A DNA stretch of 64,000 nt from an uncultured Actinomycetes bacterium (GCA_963817255.1 CAWFNT010000001.1:67456-131455), one strand, 5' to 3'. Shown: positions 32,001 through 46,479, numbered from the stretch's first letter. Program-made: numbers and translations. Notes: generated from the sequence alone by a model not told the origin.

Positions 32001-33785
32001 CGTGAACGTGTCGGTGCCGTACCAGTCCGCGTCGGGCGTGTAGGTGAAGGAGCCGTCCGTCGCCAGCGCGAGCGCCCCGTGGACGGGCCCGTCCAAGACG
32101 TGAGCGTGCATCGGGTCGCCCTCGACGTCGACGTCGTTCCAGAGCACACCGGGCGCTCCGACAGTCAGTGGGGTGTCTTCGGGCGTCGTGTAGGTCGAGA
32201 AGTACGTAGGCGCAGCCGATGGTCGGCGCGCCGAGGACCGACGCCCGGGCACCGACGACGATCGTGTCGCCGGAGATGCGACACGGAGTCGCCGAAGCGG
32301 TCCTCATTCGGCCCCGTGCGGAGGGGATCAGTCTGGTTTGCTCAGACCACGTCGCTCCGGATCGCTCGAAGAGTAGGCCGCGTACGAACGTCCACCCGAC
32401 CTACGTGCCGCGACGCACCGGCGACGATGGTGTCGTCCGGACCGAGCGACCGAGATGCCCAAGGGTGCCGGCTGCCTGCTGTCGGAGCAGCGAGCTTCTG
32501 TCTGCTGCGTCCAGTACATGCCTCGGAGCGAGTCGAAGACGTAGATCGCACCGGCCGTGTCGTCGCCCGCGACATCAGGCGCGGCGCGCGCCACGACGAC
32601 GCTGTCGCCGGAGACGACAGCCACCGCCCACCGAAGTCAGTCGTCCACGGCGCCGTCGGATGCCGTGAGCTTCTGCTGCTCGGTCCACGTCGTGCCGATC
32701 GTTAAAGACGTATGCGGCTCCGGCATCGGACAACCCCGAGCATCGTCCGCGTACGACCGCCCACGACGATGGTGTCCCCAAATCGCGAGCGAGTGACCGA
32801 AGTAGTCGCCGGTCGCGCCATCGGAGGCCGCGAGCTTCGGCCTGCTCGGACCACGAGGTCCCCGACCGCACGAAGACGTACGCAGCCCCCTGACTCGGTG
32901 CCCGTTCCGAGGTCCGTGTAGTGCGCGCCTACGACGAGGGTGTCCCCCGAAATCCCGACGGAGTTGTCCGAATCCGTCGCTCGATGAACCGTCAGGCGTG
33001 TGAGCTTGGCCTGCTCGGTCCACACGTGCCCGAACGGACGAAGACATAGGCTCCGGACAGGGTGTGACGCGTTGTTCGCACCCACGACGATAGTGTCGCC
33101 AGAGATCGCCACCGCCGGCCGAAGCTCTCTCTTGTCCGCTGTCGGAAGCGACGAGCCTGGCTTGCTGCGTCCAGGCGGTGCCCGAGCGGATGAAGACGTA
33201 TGCAGCGCCCGCGTACTGCTTGCCTGTGAGGGTGGCAAGGTTGTCGCCTACGACCATGGTGTCGCCCGAGATGGCCACTGCAGTGCCGAACGTAGCTCCC
33301 TCCGTGCCGTTCGACGCCAGGACCTTCGCCACCTGCGACGGCAGCGCTCCATCGTCGCGAGTCCTGGGCGCGTCGTTCACGGGACTGACGGTGATGGTGA
33401 CATTCACGTGTGCGGAGATGCCGCTCGAGTTGCGGCACCGGTATGAGAACTGATCGGTGCCGTTGAAGTCCCCGTTGGGCAGGTAGTAGATGCTCCCCGT
33501 GAGACCCAGGATCAGCGTGCCGTCGCGCGGTCCCAGTCCTCCGATGAGTTGCGTCGTAAGCGGGTCCTCGAGCGTACCGCCGATGTCGTTGCCGAGCACT
33601 CCGGGCGCGGGCACGTTCAGCGGGGTGTCCTCAATGGTCTCGTAGGCATCCGGGTATGCCGTCGGCACCGCGAGCGCCCGCTCCGGCGCCGCGCACACTA
33701 CAAACAGCGCTGCGGCCGCAAACAGCAGGCAAAGAGCAGTGCTCCACGCGGATGGAATGGTTCTCGAGTCCGTCATCTCACTCAC
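29067..33785 (-). CDS. Large secreted/surface protein: Ig-like (tandem-95/Big_9), FG-GAP propeller repeats, choice-of-anchor-D-like domain, 4 C-terminal repeats; many frameshifts
   Basis: Signal peptide; EDTPLNVPAPGVLGND, VTPVNDAP; repeated FGxSVAISGDTxVVGA/GAAYVFTRSG; ISNTGDAPLTI. Confidence 0.8.
29070..30120 (-). repeat. Four tandem ~85-aa coding repeats
   Basis: MLLNNGA..TT..TINSAV..ATKMRFSNDG..WSGWATYN.SK.WTL..G.GTKTV.GQYQ x4. Confidence 0.85.
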
Positions 33786-34049
33786 CCTGCCTCTGGCGGG
33801 CGAGCATCTGGCCGATCGGCCGACGAGGTCTTGATGTCACGCTCTTGCGGCCAGCCCCACTGACCGATGCGCCCTAGGTGCTCCCCCTTGCACACCCTGC
33901 GCGCCGAACACGCACCTCCGCCGTGTTCGGCGGGCCAAGCACGACTTCGTACCGCGACTATACCCTCATCGGTGCCCCGCCCGACCCCTAGAGTGCCACG
34001 GAGGCATGCGCTGCCTCTCGGTCCGTCCTCGGCATGACGCGGTCCACGT

Positions 34050-34318
34050 AACACTTTCTGCATGAGGTGGTTGCGGTTGCGGTGAAACGAGGCGGTTCAC
34101 CGCTCGGACGCAAGACGTGGGGAAGCCTCAGCGCAGCGGGCTTGACCACAATCGGCCTTGACGACCGGCTCGCCAACGCGGCCTTCGAACAGTGCACCTT
34201 GCTGAGCTGTTCGTTCTACGACGCGCTCGCCCCCGCACTCGCCGACCAACTCGGCGCGACGCTCTACTCTGCCGATGCGCGCGCGCATGCGCGATTCGCG
34301 GGCGTGCAACTGATCTAG
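34050..34318 (+). pseudogene. 5'-truncated PIN/VapC-like toxin fragment
   Basis: LSCSFYDALAPALADQLGATLYSADARAH is homologous to 50270-50674; N-terminal DAS motif absent; in-frame TAA upstream. Confidence 0.65.
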
Positions 34319-34459
34319 CAGCGCGTGTGACGCCACTCGCTCCCTCGGCTACTCTGCGGTGAGAGCCGCGCCGCGTCGGGCGGACTGTGCCTCGGCGTCC
34401 CAGAAGGCCACGATGCAGCGGCGGAGTCATCAGTCGGCCATCACCAGTTGGGGGCATCC

Positions 34460-37715
<3,256 letters not shown>

Positions 37716-37750
37716 ATCACGCCACCGCACAACCGACCGAGGAGGCAAGC

Positions 37751-38515
37751 ATGGAGCCCGTGAAGGTAATCCCGTGTCTGGACATGAAGGACGGGCGGGT
37801 CGTTAAGGGTGTCCACTTCGTAGACCTGCGCGACGCCGGGGACCCGGTGGACAACGCCCGGTTCTACAACCAGGAGGGTGCCGACGAGCTCGCGATGCTC
37901 GACATCGCGGCGACCGTAGAAGGTCGCAAGACCCGCATCGAATGGGCGCGGCAGGTCGCGGCCGTCATCGACGTCCCGCTCACCGTAGGCGGCGGCATCG
38001 CGGCGCTCGAAGACATGCAGGCCCTCTTCGACGTCGGCGTCAGCAAGGCGTCGATGAACAGTGCGGCCGTGAAGCGGCCAGAGCTCGTGCGCGAGGCCGC
38101 CGAGGAGTTCGGCTCCGAGCGCGTGATCGTCGCCATCGACGGCCGACGGAACTCCGACATGCCATGCGGATTCGAGGTAGTCGTCAGTGGCGGGCAGAAA
38201 GGCACCGGTCTCGACTGCGTCGAGTGGGCACGGCAGTGCGAAACCCTCGGAGCGGGCGCGATCTTGCCGACGAGCATGGACGGCGACGGTACGCTCGCCG
38301 GTTACGACATCCCGTTCACGAAGGCAGTCAAGGATGCCGTCTCGCTCCCCGTGATCGCCTCGGGCGGCGCGGGAACACTCGAGCATTTCTATGACGTCGT
38401 CGAGCAGGCGAAGGTCGACGCCGTGCTGGCTGCGTCGGTGTTTCACTTCCGGACGTTCACCGTGCGAGAGGTCAAAGAGTATCTGGCCTCGCGCGGAATC
38501 CCCGTGAACCTGTAG
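37751..38515 (+). CDS. hisF: Imidazole glycerol phosphate synthase cyclase subunit
   Basis: VIPCLDMKDGRVVKG, GADEL, TSMDGDGT, VIASGGAG; own GGAGG RBS. Confidence 0.93.
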   Translation: MEPVKVIPCLDMKDGRVVKGVHFVDLRDAGDPVDNARFYNQEGADELAMLDIAATVEGRKTRIEWARQVAAVIDVPLTVGGGIAALEDMQALFDVGVSKASMNSAAVKRPELVREAAEEFGSERVIVAIDGRRNSDMPCGFEVVVSGGQKGTGLDCVEWARQCETLGAGAILPTSMDGDGTLAGYDIPFTKAVKDAVSLPVIASGGAGTLEHFYDVVEQAKVDAVLAASVFHFRTFTVREVKEYLASRGIPVNL

Positions 38516-38545
38516 CCGCCGCGCCGCCCGTTCGGAGCTGCCAAT

Positions 38546-39406
38546 ATGTCACCCACCGCACGCTTCAACCTCGTCGACGTCTTCACCGACCGCCCGTTCG
38601 CCGGCAACCAGCTCGGCGTCTTCACCGATGCGCGCGGCCTCACCGACGAGCAGATGCTCGCCCTCGCGCGCGAGCTCGACTTCTCGGAGTCGACGTTCGT
38701 GCTCCCGCCACAGGCGGGCGGGCACGCGCGCGTTCGCATCTTCACGTCGGCGGGGGAGATCCCGTTCGCCGGACACCCGATCCTCGGGACTGCCTTCGTG
38801 CTCGCCGCACCGATGCAGCTTGGGCGCGTCGACCTCGAGACGGGTTCCGGCATCGTGCCCGTCACGCTGGAGCGCGAGGGGGCGCGCATCACCTTCGGCA
38901 GGATGCAGCAACCCGTGCCCACGTGGCACCCGTTCGAGCACGCCGAGGAGATGCTCCTGGCGCTCGGCCTGCCGCCGGATCCCGCGACGGTGTCCGAGCT
39001 CCCTATCGAGGAGTACGACAACGGCGTGCAGCACATCTACGTGGCGCTTTCGTCGGCCGAGCAGGTCGCATCGCTCCGGCCCGACTTCGCTCGGCTTGCC
39101 GAGGTAGTGTCCGAAGGCGTGAGCTGCTTCTTTGCGCGCGGCGCGTGTGTGAAGACGCGCATGTTCGCGCCTGCGCTGGGCGCGCCCGAAGACGCGGCCA
39201 CCGGGTCGGCAGCGGGCCCACTCGCCGTGCACCTCGCCCGGCACGGGCGCATCGCGTGGGGCGAGGAGATCGAGATCTCGCAAGGCGCCGAGATGGGCAG
39301 GCCAAGCACGCTCTTCGCGCGTGCGGTGTGCGAGGGCGACGCGGTCACGGTCGTCGAGGTCGGCGGGAGCGCGGTCGTGGTGGGGCGAGGCGAGATCGCG
39401 ATCTGA
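38546..39406 (+). CDS. PhzF family isomerase/epimerase
   Basis: VDVFTDRPFAGNQL, FAGHP, EDAATGSA. Confidence 0.92.
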   Translation: MSPTARFNLVDVFTDRPFAGNQLGVFTDARGLTDEQMLALARELDFSESTFVLPPQAGGHARVRIFTSAGEIPFAGHPILGTAFVLAAPMQLGRVDLETGSGIVPVTLEREGARITFGRMQQPVPTWHPFEHAEEMLLALGLPPDPATVSELPIEEYDNGVQHIYVALSSAEQVASLRPDFARLAEVVSEGVSCFFARGACVKTRMFAPALGAPEDAATGSAAGPLAVHLARHGRIAWGEEIEISQGAEMGRPSTLFARAVCEGDAVTVVEVGGSAVVVGRGEIAI

Positions 39407-39450
39407 GCGTTCGCACGCCCGCGGTCCACTCGCGCGGCAGTCTCGGCGGC

Positions 39451-40882
39451 CTACAGCCCCAACGCCATGAACACCAGCAGCGCGATGGCGCAACCGCCCA
39501 TGAGCAGTGTGACGACCCAGCCCCAGATGTTCACCATGCGTGAGCTGGTGAAGGGACCCAGCACGCGCTTCGTCTCGGCCGATCCGGAAGATGAAGAACA
39601 TGAGCACCGGCGCGATGATGCCGTTGACGATCGCCGCATAGTAGAGCGCCTTGATCGGATTGATGCCGATGAAGTTGAGCAGCATCCCGGCAAGCATCGA
39701 CCCGGCGATGATCAGGTAGAAGCCTCGCGCCGACCGAAAGCGCTCGCTGAGGCCCTCGCGCCAGTGGAAGAGTTCGGCGACCGCATACGCTGACGCGCCC
39801 GCGAGCACGGGTACGGCGAGCAGACCCGTTCCGAAGATGCCCAAGGTGAACAGCAGCGACGCCCACTTCCCCGCGAGAGGCCGAAGTGCGAGCGCTGCCT
39901 TCTGTGCGGAGTCGATGTTGGTGATGCCGTGGTCGTGGAGCACGAACGCCGTCGTGACGACGATGAACAGGAACACGACGTTCGCGAGTGCCATTCCGGT
40001 GTAGGTGTCTTTGCGCATCTCGCCGATCTCGTGCGAGATGGCCACCGTCTGAAAGTCGCCGATCTCGCCCTCGTCCAGCTCCTGCTCGACCTCTTCCGAC
40101 GCCTGCCAGAAGAACAAGTAAGGGGTGATCGTCGTACCCATGACGGCGACCATCGCTGCGAGGAACGCGGCGTTGAGCTGGATCTTGGGGATAACGAGGC
40201 TTCGCAGAACCGCCGCCCAGTCGGGCTTGATGATGAACCCGGTCAGGATGTAGGCGACGAGCGAGAGCGTCAGCCACTTCAAGATGTGCGAGTAGCGGTG
40301 GTAGGGGACGAGGATCTCGAGCGCCGTCATGAAGATGGTGAGCGCGACGACGGCGGCGATGAAGTTCACGGGGATGAGGAGTTGCAGCGATGCGGCCATG
40401 GCGCCGATGTCCGCACCGATGTTGACCGTGTTCGCGATGAGCAAGAGCCCCACGATCGGGTAGAGGACGCTCCTGCCGTAGCGGCGCCCGATGACGTGTG
40501 CAAGCCCGCTCTGAGTCACTATGCCGATGCGCGCGACCGTTTCCTGGACCGCCACCATCATGGGAAGCAGGTAGACGGCGAGCCACGAGAGCCCCAACCC
40601 GTAGGTCGACCCGACGGACGAGTACGTGCCGATGCCGGATGGGTCGTCGTCCGAGGCGCCCGTGATCAGTCCGGGACCGAGCGTCTTCAGGTACGAGACG
40701 TGGTGCTTCTGAATGATCTCGTCGGGCTGCCGCAGGTAGGCGGCGAGCCGATCCTCGGCGATGAGCAGCTTGTCGCCCTCGAGAACGCCGTCGACCTTGC
40801 CCGTGCGCACGAGGAAGGCGAGCTTGCGCACCGGGACCTTGAACTGTTGCTGCGCCTGCTGGAGCGTGAGATTGGCGGGCAA
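39451..40882 (-). CDS. NRAMP-family divalent metal transporter with N-terminal HTH-like domain, frameshift near 39580
   Basis: LGPGLITGASDDDPSGIGTYS, GTTITPYLFFWQ; last TM segment in another frame. Confidence 0.88.
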
Positions 40883-40957
40883 CGAGGCCTCCCGTGGCCG
40901 CGGTCGCGACCGTCGTCTCGGCTTCCCGGTCGCCAGCGTACACCTACGAGATCGTGT

Positions 40958-42116
40958 CTATCCCAGCGTGTATCGGCGCCCGGCTTCGAGCTCGGCGAGA
41001 GGGTAGAACGTGTCGCGCCAGTAGATACCCTTGCGAGCGACTGCGAGCCACGTGGAGCGCAGAACGCCGAACTCGAAGAGCAGCGTGCCGAGCGGCCAGA
41101 GCAGCGCCGGCGCCCACAGACGACACGTCGCGTGGAAGATGGCGACGTTGGCGGTCCATTGGATGGTCGCTGTTGCGATACCGATGGCGCGGAGCCACGT
41201 CGGCCCCACCGCGATGGCAACGAGCGGCGCGAATTCCAGCGACGCGAAGAACAGCAGGCCCGCTGTGCTGGCGAGCGGCTGTCCCGCAGTCGTCGAGCCG
41301 TTCTTCTCGATGCCCCGCACGAATGCGCTTGCGGACTCGTACATGCGCACGATCGCGCACCCGGTGCCCACCACCGCGGCACACCGCCCGCCGCTCGCCT
41401 TGATCATGCCGGCGAGCGCCATGTCGTCGGCGCTGTCCATGCGCAGGTGCTCGAATCCCGGCGTGCGCTCGAAGGCCGAGCGCCGGACGAGGTTGAACGC
41501 GCCGGACCCGACGACCACTCGCGACTGAGGGTCGGAGATCTTGCTGGGGATGAGAACGAGGCAGAGCGCCCGAATGAAGACCGCCCACACGGCGTCGACG
41601 AGCCAGCTCGAGGAGCGGTACTCCGGCACGAGCGCGAGGCAGTCGATGTCGTTGCGCTCGCAGTGGGCCACCGCTCGCCGAAGCGTGCCGGGCGTGACGG
41701 TCACGTCGGCGTCGCTGAAGAGCAGGAACTCCCCGCGAGCGGCGCGCACACCAGCGTCGAGCGCGTGCACCTTGCCGAGCCAGCCCTCCGGCAGGTCGTC
41801 GATTCGGACGATGCTCAGCCGGGGGTCACCTTCGGAAGCGCCGAGTGCCGCGTCGCCCGTGCCGTCGGACGAGCGGTCGTCCACGAGGATGAACTCCACG
41901 TCCGGGTAGTCGTCGGCCAGTCGCGAGCGCAGCGCCGGCCCGACGCGGTCGGCTTCGTCACGCGCGGGCATCACGACCGACACGCTCGGCCAGCGATCGA
42001 TCCCGTCGGGCGAGACGTCGGCGAGACGCACGTTCGCGCGCAAGTGCGGCCAGGCCACGATGCAGCCCGCTGCCCCGCCGCAGGCGAGCAGGGCGAGTGA
42101 TGACGCGCACGACCAT
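40958..42116 (-). CDS. Glycosyltransferase family 2 (HpnB/CrtQ-like), probable 5' frameshift
   Basis: VSVVMPARDE, VDDRSSDGT, PEGWLGKVHA, LFSDAD. Confidence 0.85.
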
Positions 42117-42262
42117 GCGACCTCCCTCCGTGGAGTGTGTCGGCAGGTCGGGGCACTCGCGCGAGCGGATCGTCGCACTCGAACGGAGAGCACGCGCGGT
42201 GGCCTGCGGGTAGACTCTCACTGCATTCGAACACGGTGGTGGTCGGTCGTCGAGGAGGACTC

Positions 42263-42649
42263 ATGGATCTGCAACCGCACCACGTCGGATTCGTCGTCAG
42301 CGACCTGGACCGCTCTCTCGAGTTCTACGAGAGCCTGGGTTTCGAGATCGAGTCGTCGATGGCACCCGAGCCGGGAAGGTCGCTCACGTTCATCCGCCTT
42401 GGCGACTTCTACCTAGAGCTCTTCTGGTACGAGCAGACGCCCGTCGCGCCGCCGGTGCCGGAAGGGCGTCAGCTCGGCTTCCGTCATTTCGCGCTCAAGA
42501 CGAACGACATCGACGGGGTGGTCGCGGAACTCAAGGCCAGGAACCTCGTCCCCGCCGACGCCGAGATCCGCGAGGTCATGGGACGCTATCGGCTACTGTT
42601 CCTGCACGATCCGGACGGCATCGAGATAGAGATCTCGCAAGAACTCTAG
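42263..42649 (+). CDS. VOC/glyoxalase family protein
   Basis: HHVGFVVSDLDRSLEFY..HFAL..DPDGIEIE. Confidence 0.9.
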   Translation: MDLQPHHVGFVVSDLDRSLEFYESLGFEIESSMAPEPGRSLTFIRLGDFYLELFWYEQTPVAPPVPEGRQLGFRHFALKTNDIDGVVAELKARNLVPADAEIREVMGRYRLLFLHDPDGIEIEISQEL

Positions 42650-42716
42650 GCGCACGGCGCCGACGCGACGCTCGTCGGTCGACGTGGTCCGACTCGAGGT
42701 ATCCGAGAGGGGAGCC

Positions 42717-43178
42717 GTGAGCGACCAGGGACCCTGGTGGGCGGCGCTCACGGTGTGGGCCGTCGTGAACGCGGTCAACCTGCTCCAGACCGCGGGTTAT
42801 CTCTCGCGCGTCGCGACGCGCTCGATGTCGATCAACCACGCGATCGGCTACGCGATCATGCTCCTCGCGATCCCGGCGACCGTGGCTGCCGTGGGGTACG
42901 TGCGCGCGGGCGCGGGCTGGCGTTTCTGGATCGGCCCGGCGCTCTTCGACGCCTTTGTCGTGCTCATGCTCGTCGTCGACTACCTGCGCCCTGTCGAGTT
43001 CAGATCGCCACCGGTGCCCTCGATACTGGTTCCATATCTGACGCTCTTCTTCGGAAGCATTCTGTTCATGGGCCTGCCGATGTTCCGCATGGATCTTCGG
43101 CTATGGGCGGTCACCGCCGTCACTGCGGTCATGCTGCTCGGTTCCATGCTCTTCGCGATGGCCCGGGGCGTCGGCTAG
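42717..43178 (+). CDS. Hypothetical membrane protein
   Basis: About 5 TM segments; GGGAG RBS. Confidence 0.7.
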   Translation: MSDQGPWWAALTVWAVVNAVNLLQTAGYLSRVATRSMSINHAIGYAIMLLAIPATVAAVGYVRAGAGWRFWIGPALFDAFVVLMLVVDYLRPVEFRSPPVPSILVPYLTLFFGSILFMGLPMFRMDLRLWAVTAVTAVMLLGSMLFAMARGVG

Positions 43179-43906
43179 GCGCTACGGGGTACCGGCGCTC
43201 TCCAGGAGTCCTCGCGCGAGCGCGCGGATGCCGAAGTCGAAGTCGGCCTCGAAGAAGTCCTCGCGGGCAGAGGAACGCCTCGCGCAGGTGCGGGAACTCG
43301 TCGGCGGGGAAGTGCTCGGCGAGCGCGGCCAGCTCCTCTGGTGTCGGCGGCGCCGGCGGGCGCGCTCGCGATCATGCCGACGATGCCGCGCACGGCCGCG
43401 GCGATCGCGTTCATGCCCGCCATCGCTCGAGCCGGAGGCAGCCCCGCGTCGCGCAGGATGCCGATGAGGACCTCGACCGGCCGCATCGCCACCGGCGTGC
43501 TCGGTCCTCGCGAGAGCACGATGGGTAGCGCGTTGACGTGCGCGAGCATCGCGTCGCGGTACGCGTGAGCAGCCCACAGGATGCGTTCCTCGGCGGGGGC
43601 CGAAGGGTCGTCTCCGGTGAGGTCGATCTCGGCCATGACCGCTTCGACGATCGCGTCGAAGAGCGCTTCCTTGTTGGGGACGTGGTAGTAGACCGCCATC
43701 GGGTCGACGCCGAGGTCGGCGCCCAAGCGGCGCATCGAGAGCGCCGAGAGTCCCTCGCTGTCGACGATGCCGATGGCCGCAGAGACGATGCGCTCGCGGG
43801 TGAGTGGCGTGTCAGGTCCCGCACGTCGGGCGCGTCGGCCCGCGGCCCGGCTCTCGCGCGCGCTCGCGCGCGCGGCTCTGCCGGCGGGCTGCTTGTCCTG
43901 CGCCAT
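43175..43906 (-). CDS. TetR/AcrR family regulator, C-terminal frameshifts
   Basis: LSMRRLGADLGVDPMAVYYHVPNKEAL. Confidence 0.9.
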   Translation of the reverse strand: MAQDKQPAGRAARASARESRAAGRRARRAGPDTPLTRERIVSAAIGIVDSEGLSALSMRRLGADLGVDPMAVYYHVPNKEALFDAIVEAVMAEIDLTGDDPSAPAEERILWAAHAYRDAMLAHVNALPIVLSRGPSTPVAMRPVEVLIGILRDAGLPPARAMAGMNAIAAAVRGIVGMIASAPAGAADTRGAGRARRALPRRRVPAPARGVPLPARTSSRPTSTSASARSREDSWRAPVPRSA

Positions 43907-43927
43907 CCGAGATTCCTTCGGTCGGGG

Positions 43928-43986
43928 TTGACAGCTCTATTCTACAGTGTAGAATCCCCTGTGTCACCTGTTCTACGGTGTAGAAC
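43928..43986 (+). promoter_or_regulatory. Sigma70 promoter with two TetR operator palindromes
   Basis: TTGACA-N16-TAGAAT; ATTCTACAGTGTAGAAT and GTTCTACGGTGTAGAAC. Confidence 0.8.
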
Positions 43987-44005
43987 TACATGCGAGGAGG
44001 ATTCG

Positions 44006-44572
44006 ATGAAGATCACGATACTCAACGGAGAGCCGGACGCCTCGGCGGCGTTCGACGGCTACGTCCACGCGTTCGGCGACCGCCTCAGCGCGTCCGGCCA
44101 CGACGTGCGCACACTCGATCTGCGCGATCTCGATCTCAAGGGATGCTCCGGTTGTTGGGGCTGCTGGGTCAAGACGCCGGGTGAGTGCGTCAAACGTGAC
44201 GACAGCGCTCTGATCTGCCGCTCGGCGATCGAGAGCGACCTGCGTGGTGTTCGCGTCGCCGATGGTGATGGGCTTCACCTCGGCGCTTCTCAAGAGGGCG
44301 GCCGACCAGATGATCCCGCTCGTCCACCCCTACATCGTCATCGAGGGTGGCGAGATGCATCACCTCGCGCGCTACGCGCACTACCCGCTCATGGGGCTGC
44401 TCGTCTGGCGCCGGCCCGGACACCGACGCCGAGGACCTCGAGATCACGCGAGCGCATGTGGTCGCGCACGGCCCGGAACATGAAGTCGAAGCTCGTATTC
44501 ACGTCGGTCGCCGACCGCGCGGCCGATGCGCTCGCCGAGGAGGTCTCCCATGAGCTCGCTGCTGTTGCTTAA
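44006..44572 (+). CDS. Flavodoxin-family (Fe-S flavoprotein-like) protein, frameshifted
   Basis: MKITILNG, CSGCWGCWVKTPGECV, FASPMVMG. Confidence 0.8.
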   Translation: MKITILNGEPDASAAFDGYVHAFGDRLSASGHDVRTLDLRDLDLKGCSGCWGCWVKTPGECVKRDDSALICRSAIESDLRGVRVADGDGLHLGASQEGGRPDDPARPPLHRHRGWRDASPRALRALPAHGAARLAPARTPTPRTSRSRERMWSRTARNMKSKLVFTSVADRAADALAEEVSHELAAVA

Positions 44573-45236
44573 CGGATCGCCGAGAGGCCCGCGTTCGAAC
44601 TCGATGAGGATGCTCGCTCGCCTCGCCGAGGGCTGGGAGCGCGCGGGCGGCGAGGCGCCAGAGGTCCTGCATCTCGCGCAAGCGTGAGGACTTCGAGCGC
44701 GCTGTCGAGGCGTTCGCCGAGTTCGACACGGTCGTCCTCGGCATGCCGCTCTACACAGACTCGATGCCGGCGCTCGTGAAGACGTACATCGAGGACGCTG
44801 GCGCGCTACGTGGGCCGGGACGGGAACCCGCGGCTCGGCTTCCTGGTGCAGTCCGGGTTCTCCGAGGCGCTGCACTCTCGCCCGCTCGAGCGCTACCTCG
44901 AGAAACTCGCGGCGCGGCTCGGATGCGAGTACGCGGGCACGATCGTGCACGGAGGGGGCGAGTCACTGCAGGCGATGCCCGATCGGGCGCTCGGGAAGTT
45001 CTTCGAGCGACTTGCGCGGGTTGGGCGAGTCGCTCGCTCGCGACGGTCGATTCGACGCCGAGGGCCTTCGGCGGGTCGCCGGGACGGAGCGTTTCTCGCC
45101 GGTGACGGCGGCGGTGCTGTCGGTCGCATGCAGGCTGCCGATCGCGCAGATGTACTGGAACGGACCGCTCAAGAAGAACGGCGCCTGGGAGCAGCGGTTC
45201 GCCGCCCCGTACGGCGCGTCCGCTTCGCGCGGGTAG
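44550..45236 (+). CDS. Flavodoxin-fold NAD(P)H-dependent oxidoreductase, frameshifted
   Basis: LLLLNGSPRG, PLYTDSMPA, VQSGFSE. Confidence 0.75.
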
Positions 45237-45374
45237 ACCGCGAGAGTCTTGAGGAGGACGCGGCCGGTCGCTGCCGGACGCCAGCCTGTTCGCGTGCGCT
45301 CCCCCCTTGGGTATCACGTGAGGTAGGAGCCGTGATGCGCGACGTGCGCGGTGAGTGCGTGGGAGGGGAGAGCC

Positions 45375-45824
45375 ATGCTCAAGGAATTCAAGGAGTTCAT
45401 CGCCAAGGGCAACGCGATCGATCTGGCCGTCGGTCTCGTCCTGGGAGTCGCGTTCGGAGCGATCGTCACCGCACTGGTGAACGGGGTCATCATGCCGCTC
45501 GTAGGCATACTGCTCGGCGGTACCGATTTCACGAACCTGTTCATCGTCGTCAAAGAGGGCAGCACCGCTGCTCCCTACGCGACCCTCAAGGCAGCGACCG
45601 ACGCGGGCGCGGTGGTCATCAGCTACGGCGTGCTCGTGAACACGATCGTCACCTTCATCATCGTGGCATTCGTGCTCTTCCTCGTGGTCAAGGGCGTCAA
45701 CCGGATCCGAAAGCCCGCCCCAGAGCCCCCGATGAAGGACTGCCCGTTCTGCGCGACGTCGATCCCCGATGCGGCGACGCGTTGCCCCGCGTGCACGAGC
45801 CAGCTCGAGACGTCCGGTTCGTAG
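45375..45824 (+). CDS. mscL: Large-conductance mechanosensitive channel with C-terminal zinc ribbon
   Basis: MLKEFKEFIAKGNAIDLAVG; CPFC..CPAC tail. Confidence 0.93.
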   Translation: MLKEFKEFIAKGNAIDLAVGLVLGVAFGAIVTALVNGVIMPLVGILLGGTDFTNLFIVVKEGSTAAPYATLKAATDAGAVVISYGVLVNTIVTFIIVAFVLFLVVKGVNRIRKPAPEPPMKDCPFCATSIPDAATRCPACTSQLETSGS

Positions 45825-45887
45825 CTTCCGCCCGGAACCGCCGCTCAGCGGCGCGCGGCGGCGATCGCGTCGCCGAAGGAGCGCGCC

Positions 45888-46407
45888 ATGGCCGACGCCG
45901 CAGAGGGACTCAAAGGCTCCCGCGTCTTCCTGCGCCCGCTGGTCGACGCCGACATCCCGCGCCTCGTCGAGATCGTGAACGAGCCGGAGATTATCGAGTG
46001 GTGGTCGGACTACGACGAGGCGCGCATGCGCGCCGAGACGCTGGAGGACGACGACGTCACTTCGTTTGCTATCGAACTTGGCGAGGCAGGTCATCGGACT
46101 CATCATGTACACGGAGGAGCTGGATCCCCACTACCGATTCGCGATGATCGACGTGACTGTCGACGCATCGCACGTAGGTCAGGGACTCGGCACCGACGCC
46201 CTTCGTACGCTCGCGCGCTATCTCATTGGCGAACGCGGGCATCACCACATCATGATCGACCCGGCGGCCTCGAACGCCCGCGCTATCGCCGCGTACAAGA
46301 AGGTCGGGTTCAAGCCGGTCGGCATCATGCGTCGCTACGAACTCGCGCCGAACGGCGAGTGGCGAGACGCGCTGCTGATGGACCTGCTCGCGGAGGAGCT
46401 GAGTTGA
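45888..46407 (+). CDS. GNAT acetyltransferase (RimJ/AAC(6')-like), frameshift near 46085
   Basis: LRPL..EWW; GQGLGTDA..IDPAASNARAIAAYKKVGF. Confidence 0.82.
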
Positions 46408-46479
46408 CCTGGGATCGGTCCGCCGCTCCGTCGCACAGCAGCTCTTCCGTGAGGAGCGTCGGTGACTCGGTCCGTCGCT

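Noticed and set aside
38549..39450. Long C-terminal extension of the NRAMP ORF (777 aa)
   Set aside because: Frameshift read-through antisense to the PhzF gene; the true C-terminus ends at 39451.
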